Shown here: positions 23,324-35,589 of the stretch, piece by piece
How positions within the stretch are numbered: position 1 is the stretch's first letter
Layout of the letters: the number at the start of each line of letters is the position of its first letter
Assembly (NCBI GenBank): GCA_025558095.1
Contig: JAIVFI010000004.1
Coordinates: 893,335 to 957,334 of the forward strand
Source of the DNA: Hyaloraphidium curvatum SAG 235-1
Taxonomy: Eukaryota > Fungi > Monoblepharomycota
DNA length: 64,000 nucleotides
Direction of reading: 5' to 3'
Program-made: the position numbers and the translations under genes
The notes under the pieces: model-generated
The model's input: only the letters and a program-made list of their open reading frames with translations
The model's database searches: none
Told to the model about the DNA's origin: nothing

Positions 23324-26004
23324 ATGCGGGGACGCGTTTTCGCGCTGCTCTGCGCGGCGCTGCTCGCGCTCGTGCTGTTGGGGCGCCGGCCGGCGCGGCG
23401 GAGAGGAGGCCGAGGGTGGGGAACGCGCCGACGGTCGGCACCGGGCGGAACCGAAACCGTCCCGCAAACAACCCCGCGCCCAAGGACAAGGAGAAGGAGG
23501 AGGAGGGCGATGGCGGCGAAGGGGGCGAGGAGGTGGAGGAGAAGAAGCCGGCCCCGAAGCCGAAGCCGAACAGGAATCGGAATCCGAAGGACAAGGAGAA
23601 GGAGGACGAGACCCCGCCGCCGACCACCGGCCGGAACAACGGGGGATCCAACAACAACAACAACAACAACGGCGGGGGCCAAGGCGGTCGCGTGGTCAAC
23701 GGCAAGGGCCGGGTCATCGCAGGTGCGGGAAAGCAGCACGGGATCCCGCAATTCCGGAGCCAGTTCATCAAGCAAAACGACGTCAAGATCCTGAAGACCG
23801 GTGCGTCCTCCGCGGTCGCGGGGCACGGCGGCCGGGGGGACTGACCGTCCCTTTATCGGGCAGACCTCCTGGACGTCACCAAATGGAACCTGAACGAGAT
23901 TGCAAGGGGTGGCCAGGGCGTTGTCTCCATCGCCACTCTCCTGGCCGATCCCAAGAAGAGCGTTGTGGTCAAAACCGAGCTCCTGCCGCGACTCAATGCC
24001 GGCGCTGGGCGGGAGGAAACGCAGCAATTCAACACGGAAGACCGCGTCATGGCCGACGTTTGCGGCCTACCCTTCATCGTCCACTGGCTCGGATCGAGGG
24101 CTTCCGACTTCCAGAGGCAGGTCAGTCGCGCTCTCGGCTGTGGCCCGAAACGCCGGACTCAAGCGCGGACCGGCGCCAGATACCCGGCCAAATGTTCCTC
24201 ACCAGAGCCGAGGGCAACCTGGAGAACTTGGTCCTTGCAAAGGGCGGCATTCGCACCCCCTTGAGCCCCAAACGGCACAAGTCGCGCCTTCTTGTCGCCC
24301 AGATGATTGTGGCGTTGGACGTTTTCCACTCGAAAGGATACGTGGGTGGTGTGGCCACCACGCGACCTCGGACGGCGCTCACCATACATCCCTACTAGAT
24401 CCACCGCGACATCAAGCTCGGCAACTACCTCATCGGCGAGGACGGCAACGTGCGCCTCACGGACTTTGGCCTCGCGATCAAGGACGACCCCACGCTCATC
24501 ATGAAGGACGCCCTGGGGTCCACCGCCGTGATCTTCAAGCGGAAGAAGAAGAACAGCGAGGAGTACAGCATCGACACGTTCGAGGAGCCAGCCGAGGCCA
24601 ACCCGCTCTGGATGGACGCCGCCATGTACCGCGCGCCCGAGATGTACTTTTCTAAGGAGGTGTCCGCCTACTTTTCGAACATGCTCGGACCCACGGTGTA
24701 CGCTCGTTTGGACGGGATCCGGGCCAGGGCCGCGAAGGACAAGAAGTACAACGAAAAGATCCTCGCCGACGACCGGACCTACTGGGATCAGGAGTACACG
24801 AACTGGATCTTGGTCAAGGAGAAGGGGCGTTTGGATCTGGCGAGGGACCAGTTCCGCAAATTCGCATCCCGCTTCACCTACGGCAAGTGCTCAGACTTCT
24901 ATGCGCTAGGACTCAGCATCTACGAGTGGGTGTCGCCTCTCGTCGCAGAGTCTCATTGCTGACCTCTCCGGCGGTTGTGCGACCAATTGCTTTATTGCGC
25001 AGTCTCTTCACGGCCATGGCAGCGCAAGGGAAAGTCGGCCATCCCTTCCCGCATATTGGCATAGATGCAGACCTGAACATGGTGCCGGACGACACCTACT
25101 TCAAGCAGTACGTCGTGAACGACCCCAAGGCGCAGCAGCAGACGTGGCAGCTCATCTCGGCGATGATCCAGGCCGACCCGGCCCAGAGGTGGGTCCGCAC
25201 CGGTGTTTCGAAGCTCGCACTGAACGTTTAAACCCCGTTCAGGACGTGCGACGCGATGAAGCTGCTCGAGCTGCCCTTCTTCACCAGCAAAGGTCTCGTA
25301 CCGGCGACTCCGATGATGTCGGACTATGTCTAATCCCCAGCATCAGGTATATATTACGACGAGGTTCTACAGATGGGAATGAAATCCGCGCTCGCGGACA
25401 ACGACGAGCTGGTGGTGGGTGTCGCGCCCGCATCCGGCGCGATCTGGGCGCCGACTCCCCGCCCGCACAGCCCCATGCCATCCCCCGCAGGGCCCCTCCC
25501 GCCAAGGTGAACTGGGCCTTTGCCGACAAGACCAAGTTTGCGGACAGGAACCGCATCAAGGTCCTCTCCCCGGATTGGGCCAACAACCCCCTCCGTGCCA
25601 ACGCCAGGGGTCCGCTCACGTGGGTTGCCCCCGTCGACGCTCAGTGCAAACGCCTGCTGACCTCCGCGGACAGCGACCGCAACCCTCTGGCTCCCAAGGA
25701 TCCCAACACGAAGGAGGCGCCCGACGTGCCCCCGCTCCCGGAGCTGGACCCCACCGTCGTCACGGACGTCGAGAAGAAGGTGCCGGCGCTGAGGGCGATC
25801 CGTCTTTCGCAGTCGGGCGGGAAAGCTCCCGGCCAAGGAGGATCCAGCGAAGATGGCGAGGGCACTGACGAGGAGGGCACTGTCGAGGAAGGTACCAGCG
25901 AGGAGGGGAGCGGGGATGGCAGCAACGACGGCACTGTGGACGGAGGCGACGTGGAATCCGAGGGGTCGGAGGACGGCAGCGACACCGGGGTCGAGGACTT
26001 CTAG
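23324..26004 (+). CDS. Ser/Thr protein kinase with apparent signal peptide (needs a 1-nt frameshift at 23380-23383) and an acidic tail
   Basis: IARGGQGVV, VVVK, EDRVM..VCGLPFIV, IHRDIKLGNYLI, TDFGLA, YRAPE, SDFYALGLSIYE and MIQADPAQR across several GT-AG introns. Poly-Asn at 23650-23670. Stop TAG at 26002-26004. Confidence 0.85.
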
Positions 26005-26008
26005 AACT

Positions 26009-26616
26009 TCACTCCATCCCCCACCCCTGGTTCCCCTTCCACACGTTGCCCACGACCTTGGGCTCCTCCTTGAGCTTCTCGCCGCATCCGCCGCAGCTCG
26101 CCTTGCCCGATTCGACGCTCTCCCTCCACCCCTTCCTGCCCACACCTCTGGCGACCCACGGGGCCAGCGCCAGCGGCTTCCACACGGCGAAGAGGAGCGC
26201 GGAGGAGACGATGGCGGCGGGGAGGGGGATGTGGTGAGGAGGGAGATTGTCGGCGCCGCAGCTTGCGTGGGACAATCGTCAACATCGGGTGCACCGGGCC
26301 GGGGGCGACTATGCGGACGGTACCTTCCGCAGTGGACGGCGGTCCTGGTGCTTCCGATGCACGCCTCGTGCGCGCGGGAAATGGGGTCGCGGCGGTCCGT
26401 GTTTGCCACGACAACGTTGCGCGGCTGCTGGACGTTGCCGTGCGGCTGAACGTCGCCGCCGTTGGGGAACCAGCTAGGGTAGGCCGAGGGCGGGTATGGG
26501 TACGGCCAGGGCTGCTGGTAGCCGGGGTGGGCGGGGTGCTGCTGCGGGGGGAACGGGGCTTGGGGGGCCGGGGAGGCGTCGCCGGGCTTGGTTTCGGTCG
26601 GGGGGATGAGAGACAT
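26009..26616 (-). CDS. LITAF-like zinc-ribbon membrane-associated protein (2 exons)
   Basis: Pro/Tyr/Gln-rich N-terminus (QPWPYPYPPSAYP), then HCGS|CGA, a hydrophobic stretch (AAIVSSALLFAVWKPLALAPWV) and SCGGCG. This is the CxxC-hydrophobic-CxxC layout. Confidence 0.65.
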
Positions 26617-26974
26617 CTCTGGCTGATGATTGATGTTGGTTTCGATGCGATGATGGATCGAAGGAGGCAACGAGGCGTCCTTTTGTCCCCTGTGGAGCTC
26701 AGCAAGCCCGTTGCGTTGCCGGGATTCGGGACGGGTGGAGGAATGTTTGGATGCGCAAGCGGGGGACGGGGGTCACACCCGGCCTTCCCCGGCCTTGCGT
26801 GGTCTGGACGAGATGGCTGATCCATCGATGACAGTGGCAAAGACGGCAAACAGATTTGTTGGAAGGGGTACCTTGGCCAGCTTTAGGAATGCTCTTGTGC
26901 GAGGGAATGGACTGGGCTGCTGGGCTACCTTCCCTCCAAGGGAATGGGCGATCGCATTGGCCGCCATCGGCGCC

Positions 26975-29415
26975 ATGCCTTTCCGCTTCCGCGCCCTGCT
27001 GCGGCTCCTGCTACCGTTCGCGGTGGTAATTGCGGGCTTCTATTTATTTGGGGGCGGCGGCGGGGCACCATTGCCGGCGGAAGAGGCCGCTGCGGGCCCG
27101 GGCGGGACCATTTCGCGACGCGACGCGGACGCCCCGGCTGTCCCTCGGGAGGAGGTCGCTGCGGGCGGTCAGTCGCCTGGGAAAAGACTGTGGACGTTCC
27201 GGGACGCGGACGAGGACGGGGACGATCCGGACGGAAAGCAGGACGCGGGGCGAAAAACCGGGGAGCGGTCGGACGCGTCTGCGGGGCAGAAGGAGGACGT
27301 TAAGGCACCTCCAGGGCCCGGTTTGGACCAAGACACGGGAAACGACATTCGTGTTGATCAATATTCGCGGGATTCAGTGTCTGTTGGCGCTGAGGAGGGC
27401 GGGCCGGACTCGGGAAGGGAAACCGGGGCGGACGCGCGCGAGAACCCCGCCGTGCCCGGCGACAGCTCGGAGCGGACACCGGAAGATGAGCCGCAGGAGC
27501 CGGCGAATGAGTCGGAGGAGGAGCCGGCGCCTCCAGCCCCCCCTCCGCCCCGCGACGCAACTCTCCCCCCTGCCCGTCGGCCGCACCGGCCCAACCAGGC
27601 CCCGCTCGAAGACTCCCCTCCCCCGAAGAACTGCCGCTTCCCCCACATCGCCGTGGCCATCAAGACCGGCCGCGGCGTCGCGCACCGCCGCCTGCCCCCC
27701 GCGTTGTCGACCTACGCCTCGGAGCTCTGCAACGTGATGCTGGTGACCGACGCGCTAGGCGAGTACAACGCCTCGGAGCTGGACCCACGCTACGCAGGCT
27801 CGGATTTCTACGACGCCGACGGGCCCAGCATCACCATGCTCGGCACGGGGGTGAAGGACTTCGTGGCGGTGGTCGGGGGGCGGACCTACCGCGCCCGCGA
27901 CGTCATCGGCGCCATCTACTCCAAGGCCGAGCCCGACGCGGCCGACCCCGACGCCGACCCCATGCTCGTCGCCAAGATGCGCATCTTCCACAAGGACCGG
28001 TGGGAAGCCGGCGCGTTCGACCGGGCGAAGGCCCGCGCGGACGACCTGGCAAAGGCCTACGCCGACGCGCGCAAGGAGGAGCGGAAGAAGGAGCGGCTGG
28101 GGCAGAACAAGCGCCGCCGGCGGCTGCGCAAGAGGGGTGAGGGCGGTACACGCGAGGGCTGGGCGCGCGACGCGGACAAGTTCATCCCCGCCATTGCCGA
28201 GATGTGGAACCGCTTCCCGGACGCGAGGTGGTACTTTCTCTTCGACGACGACTCGTACGGCTTCGTGCCGGCCATCTACCACCACATGGTGACCTTCATG
28301 CCGTGGGCGGAGCCGCACTACGTGGGCAAGGCGATGCTGTTTTCGGGGTGCCATTGGGAGCCGCGGCAGGCGGGCGAGGAAGTGCTCGGGTTCGCGTCGG
28401 CAGCCGGGATACTGATCTCCAGGGGGGCGATGCTGCGGGGGATGCCGTACGTGCAGGCCGCGGAGGAGAAGACAAAGACGTGCTGGGCGGGGGACGCGAG
28501 GGTGGCCATGTGGTTGGTTGCTCCATGGGTTTCGCCAGTTCTGGGCTGACGAGTCTTCTGGGGACCAGGTTCTATGACGCCGGGTTCCGGCTCGACTGGC
28601 CGGGCGAGATCACGGGCCGCATGCACGTCGGCCCGCAGACGATGTGGCACTCTTTCGGCCGCGCTTGCGACCCCGTGCTGGTGTACCACCTCATGCCGCC
28701 GGCCAAGTACGAGGCGATCTGGGCGGTGCAGCGCTCCCCCGGCTCGGCGGGCGGCTTCGTGACCAACGCGGACATGTGGCACATCTTCCACGACCCCAAG
28801 GAGGACGGCGAGCTGGCGGAGCTCGAGGGCGGGTTCGAGTGGGACACGAACCGCGGGGACATGGACTTCCTCGCGCTATCCAAGCATCCGCCGGGAACGA
28901 CCGAGGCTGCGTACGTGGAGATGGCCGACGCCAAGCTGCAGGAGGTCCTCGACATCTCGCACCCGCCGCCGCACCTGAAGAAGGCGCTCGTCGCCATCCG
29001 CGCCATGGGGAAGCGGTCACTCGCCCCGGGCTCGTCGAACCGCACCCGGATCGCGCTCGCCCTGCGGTGCCTGACCGCGTGCCACGCGATGGCCGGCGTG
29101 CGCGACTTCCCGCAGGCCGTCGCAGACCCCAAGCAGCCCATTGCCACGTCCGACAACCGCACCGGGACCCCGTGGAACACGCTCGGCAACAGATCCCCGG
29201 CGTTCGGACCGTGCATCATGTGGACGCTCAATCCCGAGAACAGGTGCTTCCTCAAGTCGGGGTTCTCGGCGGCGCCGCTGGGCGGGGCGCCGGGCCACGT
29301 GTCGGGGATCGTGGGGGGCGCCAAGGCGCGGTACGAGGCGATGGCGAGGAAGGGGGCGGCGGGGGAGAAGTGCGGGTGGGGGGTCGGGAGGTCCGCAACC
29401 TGGGACAGGGATTGA
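26975..29415 (+). CDS. GT31 (fringe/C1GALT1-like) glycosyltransferase, type II membrane, possible C-terminal PAN/apple-like domain
   Basis: N-terminal TM LLRLLLPFAVVIAGFYLF, acidic stem, IAVAIKT, GWARDADKF, WYFLFDDDSY (DxD), YVGKA, FASAAGILISRGAM, AGDARVAMW. One intron at about 28512-28569. C-terminal C..AC...CIMWT...CFLKSG...HVSG. Confidence 0.85.
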
Positions 29416-29741
29416 TCGGGTCCGCGGGGGCGGAGGACTGGTTTACTGCGCACTTCTCATGCGCGATGAGGCTTGCGGCGATCGAATCGAGGCGTATCCG
29501 AGGACATCGCAGCGAGCCATCAGGCGATCGCGTCAGTTCGAACACAATGACGGCTAGTGCACCTCCTGGCTCGCATACCGGTGCCGAACTTGCAGCTTGT
29601 CGGGGTCGGGGAGGGGGTGGGGAATGGCGCGGCATGGCGCGGCGGATCGGTCGAACAGTTTCCGCGTTCCGTCTCGAAGTCAACCAACACCCCGCGAATC
29701 GCCGCCCAACGGAGCGCCCGATCCCGCTCCATCCCTCGGAA

Positions 29742-31573
29742 ATGACGTCTTTGGAACTTGCGAACGGCGGCGCCGGGTCGGCGGACCCGCAGGCGCCGTC
29801 TCCCGCGCCCGGCGCAGCGCCCGCTGCCCCTGCGCAGGACGCCCTCGCGGGCGGATCCCCGGCCGCCGCACCGCCACCGAACCCCTCGAACGGGCATGTT
29901 GACTATAATATCGCTGCGAACGGGGCGCCGTTGCAGGACTCGGGGAACGATGTCGTTGCGGCAGCGGCCACTCCGCCCCCGCCGAAAAAGGAGCTCTTCA
30001 TCTCGTCGGACCCTGACTCGTGGATGTACAAGGTCGCCCACTCGCCGAGTTTTGCGGTCGCCGTAGTGGCCGCCGCCGTGGCCGTGGACACGCTGGTGTA
30101 CTCGATCGTGATACCGCTGCTGCCCTTCATCTTCGAGCGTCTGGGATACCCCATCGACACCTCGGACGGCAAGGGCTCGTCGGCACTCATCGGCGTGCTC
30201 GTGGCCCTGTTCGGCGTCGGCATCCTCGTCTCGTCGCCGGTGTACGGCTGGGTCTCGGACCGCTACAGGAACCGCAAGTGGCCCATGGTCGCCGGCCTGG
30301 CCGTGCAGCTCCTGGCCATCGTCATGTTCATGCTGGCCAACTCGCTCGGCCTGCTGTACTTTGCCCGCTTCCTGCAGGGCGTCGCCGGTGCCGCCATCTG
30401 GACCATCGGCCTTGCCTTTATCTCGGACCTGTTCCCGGCGCACGAGCTCGGAAGGGCCATGTCGACCGTGTTCCTGGGGTTGAACGTGGGCATGCTGATC
30501 GGGCCCGTGGTCGGCGGCATCCTGTTTGAACAATTAGGGTACTACGCGCCCTTCATCCTCAACATTGTGGCTATAGCTGTGGACATGTTCCTGCGACTGA
30601 TCGTCGCCGAGCCCGACCACACGCTCGACCGCGCTTCCCGCACGGGCTTCGGCACCACCGCCCGCGCCGACCCCGCCCAGACCGCCGCCATCGCCGCCGC
30701 CGTCGAGGCCGCCGATTCCTCCCCGCTCCCCTCGGAGCCGCCGGAGCGCACGCTGCACCGCACCAAGCTCAACTGGACCGTCCTCCGCACGCCCAACCCG
30801 ACCTTCTGGCAGCTCTGCGCCGACCCCTGCGTGATGATCATGTGCTGGCTCGTGACCGTCGCCGGGATCGGGATCGGATCGATCGAGGCGGTGATACCGC
30901 TGCACCTCGCCAACGAGCCGTTCGCGGCGAATTCGACCACCATCGGGCTGGTATTCCTCGCTTTCGTGATACCCAACTGCATCGGGGCCATTGTTTCGGG
31001 CTGGCTCAGGGACAGGTTCGGGAGCAAGTGGATCCTGTACGCCGGCCTGGTCATCTCGGCCGTAGCGGCGCCGCTGGTCGCCGTGCCGGGTAACTACGCA
31101 GGGTTCTGCGTGGCGCTCGCCGTGTACGGCTGGGCGAACGCCATGGCGACCGCGCCAGGGCTGCCGGAGCTGGCGCTGCTCGTGCCCGAGAGCGCCGCCG
31201 CAAAGGTGCGCTGGTCCCGCCCGGACGTCCGATTCCGTTCTGACTTGCCCCGCCCGCCCCCCGCCAGGTGTTTTCCATCTTCAACATCTTCTTTTCCTGC
31301 GGAGTCATCGTCGGCCCCCTCATCGGCGGCGCCCTGTACGGCGCCTCCTCCTTCCCCGGTCTCCCCGGCATGGGCAAGCTCATGGGCCCGATGCTGCTCG
31401 TGGCGGCGTTCAACGCCGTGTCGGTGCCGCTCATGGCGGGGTACTTCTGGCTCAAGAGGGAGCGGGACGAGGTGGAGGCGCAGGAGAGGTGGGAGGGGGA
31501 CATGGTCAAGGTGGAGGCCGGGGATGCAGTGACGGGAAAGAGCAATGCGGACGTCAAGGCCCAGGAAGTGTAG
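29742..31573 (+). CDS. MFS transporter (DHA1/SLC18 vesicular amine transporter-like)
   Basis: DTLVYSIVIPLLPF, motif A GWVSDRYRNRK, ARFLQGVAGA, GPVVGG.LFE.LGYYAPF and a second GWLRDRFGSK. One intron at about 31206-31268. Confidence 0.9.
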
Positions 31574-31988
31574 TGCTGATGAGAATGCTTCACGTGGTGA
31601 AGGATGCCAAAGCGATCGTCCGGCTGATCATCGGGATGATGCGACTGTCGGTGTTTTGAATACGTCGAACACGAGGTCAGGCCGCTCACGCACCGTGCAC
31701 CGTGCAGCGTCATTTATCACATTCTTCGTTGCGCAACGTCCACCCGCGTGGCTTTCAGAAACCGGGCGTGACCGGCGAGGCCGAAGCTCCGCCTCAGCCA
31801 TCCGGCACCGACAACCGCCCGCGTCCATTCCGCCGTCCGCCGCGGCCACGCCCTGAACCCGAATTCCGCCCGCATTCCACGTGAGTCTCGCGCGCGGGGG
31901 ACGCCGCGGCGCAGGCGGCCCGGGAACGCGTCGCCGATCCCCCCGCACTCCGCGGACGCTCACGAACCGCCCGCAGCAAACAAACAAA

Positions 31989-33716
31989 ATGCTCCGTGGT
32001 GGCCGCCGCGCCCCGCGCGCCATCGATGACAAGCGCTACAAGGTGCGATGCGGGGCGGGGCCTTCCCGGGGTTGTTCGCTGACGACACGGCGTCGCGCAC
32101 TCCCCGCACCTTGTCCCCCCTTGCACCAAAAGATGCGGCAGAGCCTGATCTCCATCGGGGACGATTTCTGGATCGAAAACATGCGGGGACAGAGAATGTG
32201 GGTTGCGCGGCTGGCCGCCGGCCGGGCTGACCTCTCCCACCAACGACGCAGGTTCCGGATCAACGGAAAGGTTCTCACCCTGGGTGAGCATGCCCGTCGG
32301 CCCGAAGCGTAACTCATGATCTGATCATTCGCACGTCCATCCTCGTTGCCAGCAAACACGCTCGTCTTCGAGACCCCCCGCGGCGACCCCCTCTGCCAGA
32401 TCCAGTCCCGCATCCTGACCATCCGCCGCACCATGGACATCGAGCGGTACAGATCCCACGGCCCGCCGTTCGCGACGGTCAAGAAGGACCTGATCAACCT
32501 CGTGCGGGACGAGTACGACGTGGACGTGGCGGGCAAGCCGCCGCTCAGGGTGAGGGGCAACATCTTGGACCACGAGTACAAGGTGCTGGGGCAGGGCGGC
32601 CGCACCGTGGCCGAGATTTCCAAGCGCTGGCTGGCCCTGGTGGACACCTACGTGATCGACATCGACGACGACAACGACGACTACGAGGATTGGTGGGCCG
32701 CTGCACCCCGCCGCCGAGAAGCCATCTCACCGGCCGTCCGGCCGTCCGGCCGTCCGACCAGGCTCATCCTCGCCATCTGCGTCGCCGTCGACCAGATGTC
32801 GCACGACAAGCGGGTCGACGAGACCCCCGGCGTGCACACCGTCAGCCAGGGCAACCACCTCGGCGGCGCCGTCGCCGCGGGCGTGGGGCAGGCGGTGGTC
32901 AACAACCCCGTCGCGGGGGCCGGTGGGCATCCCCTTTGCTGCACGCGGATCGAATCCATCTGACGGGCTCGTGCGGTCGGACAGTCGCCGTCGGGGCCGC
33001 AACGGGCAGCGTCACCGCCGGGATCGTCACCGCCGCGGTCGCCACCTCGGCCCAGCAGCAGCAGCAGCAGCAGCAGCAGGCGCCCCCCCAGCCGTACTAC
33101 CCTCCGCCTCCCAGGCCCCCTCCGGTCGCGCCTGTACCCGCGGCGCTTCCTCCGGGGTGGATCCAGCAGCAGGACCCTGCGAGCGGCGCCTGGTTTTTTG
33201 TCGACACCACGCGCGGCTTCACGACCTGGGTCGGTGCCGTCCGATCGAGGTCCGCTCACGCTGATCCCGTCTTCCCTTCATTATGCCGTGCAGGACGATC
33301 CCAGGACCGCAGCAGGTGGGTCCGCCCCCGCACCCCGTCTTCCTCCTCCGATCCGACCCGCCTCCCCGCAGTCGAAACCGGCCCCCTCCCCCCCGCCCCC
33401 GTCGCCCCTCCTCCGCAACCCGTGTACGCCCCGCCTCCCCCCGTCGCCGTTCCGCCCCCGCAGCAAACCTACGCCCCCGCCGCCCCGCCCCCGCAGCAGG
33501 CCTACGCGCCGCCCCCGGGCCCGCCGCCGAAGCAGAAACCGGGGCTTGTGGCGACGATCGCCAAGGGGGCGCTGGTGAACGCCGGTGGGTCCGGTCGCGG
33601 GCGCGCCGTCGCGGGTCTGTTGAACCACGACACCGATCGCAGCGTTGGGGGGCAAGGGAGGCGTCGGCGCGGCGCTGGTCACGGGGTCGGTGCTCAACGC
33701 CGCGCAGAGGAAATAG
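31989..33716 (+). CDS. LURP-one-related/Tubby-C (scramblase-like) domain + WW domain + Pro/Gln-rich tail
   Basis: RYK|MRQSLISIGDDFWIEN..G...FRINGK, VRGNILDHEY, VAEISKRW..LVDTYVIDI, LILAICVAVDQM. WW domain LPPGWIQQQDPASGAWFFVDTTRGFTTW|DDPR. Poly-Gln CAG run at about 33053-33079. Confidence 0.85.
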
Positions 33717-33829
33717 CGCGGCCGGACGACGGGATCGAGATGTACACTGGCGGCGATCTTGTATTTTCAACACGTCACATGGTACCGGATCGCGGTCCCG
33801 CTCCCAACACGCGCAAACGAGCGGCTGCC

Positions 33830-35383
33830 TCAAAGCCTGCCCGAACCTGCGGAAGGCAAAGCGTTCAGCTCGGGGCCCCACCCAGCAGGCGCCCGGCACC
33901 CACCCTTTCTGACACCGTAGAAGGCGTTGCCCGGGTTCGGCACCGGGAACTCCTCGAAGCTCGTGGCGCCGGCGTCCCTGCAGAACTTTTCCGCGCGCGC
34001 GGGTCCCCAGGCTGTCCCCATTCCTCGTCAGCAGGACGTCTCCGCCATTTGCCCGGAGGACGACCCACCGGCACCGAGCCCCAGCCCGCCCTGCGCGAGG
34101 CTCTGCGTCATGCAGTGCATGCACGACACCGAGTACAGGAACTGCCCCGCGGAGCCGATGTTCTCCTCGAGCCGGTTGCTGCAGCGGGGCTCGACCATGA
34201 TGTACAGGCCCGTGGGCTTGAGCGCGGCCATGATCTCCTTGAGGCCGCGGAGGGGGTCGGGGAGGTCGTGCACGACGTCCTGTTCCGACAAAGGCCGAAG
34301 TCAGTGGGTCCATTTCGGCCGCCGCATGCCGGTTCGGGCAACCCACGAGGGTCATGATCACGTCGTACGCGTCCCGCTCGCCGAGGTCATACACCGACCG
34401 CACCTCGGGGTGCATGTTCTTCCCCAGCACCCCCGCCTTCTCCGCGTTGGCCTTGGCGTGCTCGATCGAGAGCTGGTCCAGGTCCACGCACACGAACTGC
34501 GAGTTGGGGAAGGCCTTGGCCATGAGCACGTCGGCCGAGCCGGCGCCGCAGCCGACGTCGAGGACGCGGATGCCCTTCTCGAGCTGCGCGACGAGGCCGG
34601 GAACCGCGGGGAGCCACTTGCGGACCAGAAGCGCTGTGGGAGGCGGGCAAGGACCATCGGCGTCAGTCGCAGCACGCGCCTAGTCCGTGTGACTACCCAC
34701 CGTGCTGCCCGGCGTGCGTCCTGGCCATGCCCCTCACAACTTCAGGCCCGAAATCCTTGAACGCCACCCCGCCCCCCTCCTTGAACGCCTTGGCCACGCC
34801 CGGTACGACGCTCCAGTACGCCGCCAGGTTCTCCAGCTGCCCGGCAAAGAACAGCGGGTGCGGCGTCTCCTGGGCCTCGTAGTTGTCGCACAGGATCAGC
34901 GCGTGCTCCTCGGGCAGCTCGAACTTGCCCAGGTCCAGAGACTGCGGGTCGGGGTGGGGGTGGTACAGCACGAAGCCCGAGGCGGCCATGGCGGCGAGGG
35001 ACTCCTTGAGGTAGCGGACCTGTGTTTGGGAGGCACCCGAGTGAGGTCGTGATTCCCGGGTTGCGGTAGAGGGCAACGCACCTGCAGGCCCGTCTCGGTG
35101 GCGATCTCCTCGCACGAGACGGGGCCCTTGTGCCGCATGGCGCGGAACACGCCGACGCGGTCGAGCACGGCGGCGACGGCCATCATCGTCGTGTGCGTCT
35201 GCAGCATCTGTCTCCCCGGCACGGGTCAGACTCGGAGCACGCGTCCGGCAACACCGTCGCAATTCCCACGTTGAAGTACTGGAAGAACGGCCGCACGTCG
35301 GCCTTGTTGGTCGGCGTGCCGGCCTTGGGCGGCGTGTACCGGGCCTCGGTGAAGCTGTTAGCGGGCACGAGCTGCTTCGACAT
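33830..35383 (-). CDS. Class I SAM methyltransferase with N-terminal winged helix (Rv2258c-like)
   Basis: LDRVGVFRAM..KGPVSCEEIATETGLQ|VRYLKE.L, FELPEEHA, AFKEGGGV, RVLDVGCGAG, CVDLDQLSIEHA, DVVHDLPDP, LYSVSCMHCMTQSLAQGGLG. Multi-exon; 3' end approximate. Confidence 0.85.
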
Positions 35384-35464
35384 GGCGGCGGCTTGATGGG
35401 GGAACGCGGAGGAGGCGGAACGACGGGAGGATGGGGGGCGCGGGCAGGGGGAGACGTTGCGGAA

Positions 35465-35573
35465 CCTGGAGACGCCGCGTTCCCTTGCACCATCCTGCCT
35501 CCGATCGCTTTGTCATCCTTGAAAGCAATTCCCATCAGCCTGGAGACGCCGCCGCGTTCCCTTGCGCCATCCT
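35465..35573. repeat. Imperfect direct repeat (32 and 35 bp) between ECM29 and the methyltransferase
   Basis: cctggagacgccgcgttcccttgcaccatcct (35465-35496) versus cctggagacgccgccgcgttcccttgcgccatcct (35539-35573). Confidence 0.85.
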
Positions 35574-35589
35574 CGTACACTACACTCAT

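Noticed and set aside
28644-31532. 962-aa ORF as a GT-MFS fusion
   Set aside because: The first 366 aa are an off-frame read-through of the GT31 exon and intergenic DNA. The MFS gene starts at 29742.
23650-33079. AAC and CAG microsatellites
   Set aside because: Ordinary coding poly-Asn (23650-23670) and poly-Gln (about 33053-33079) tracts.
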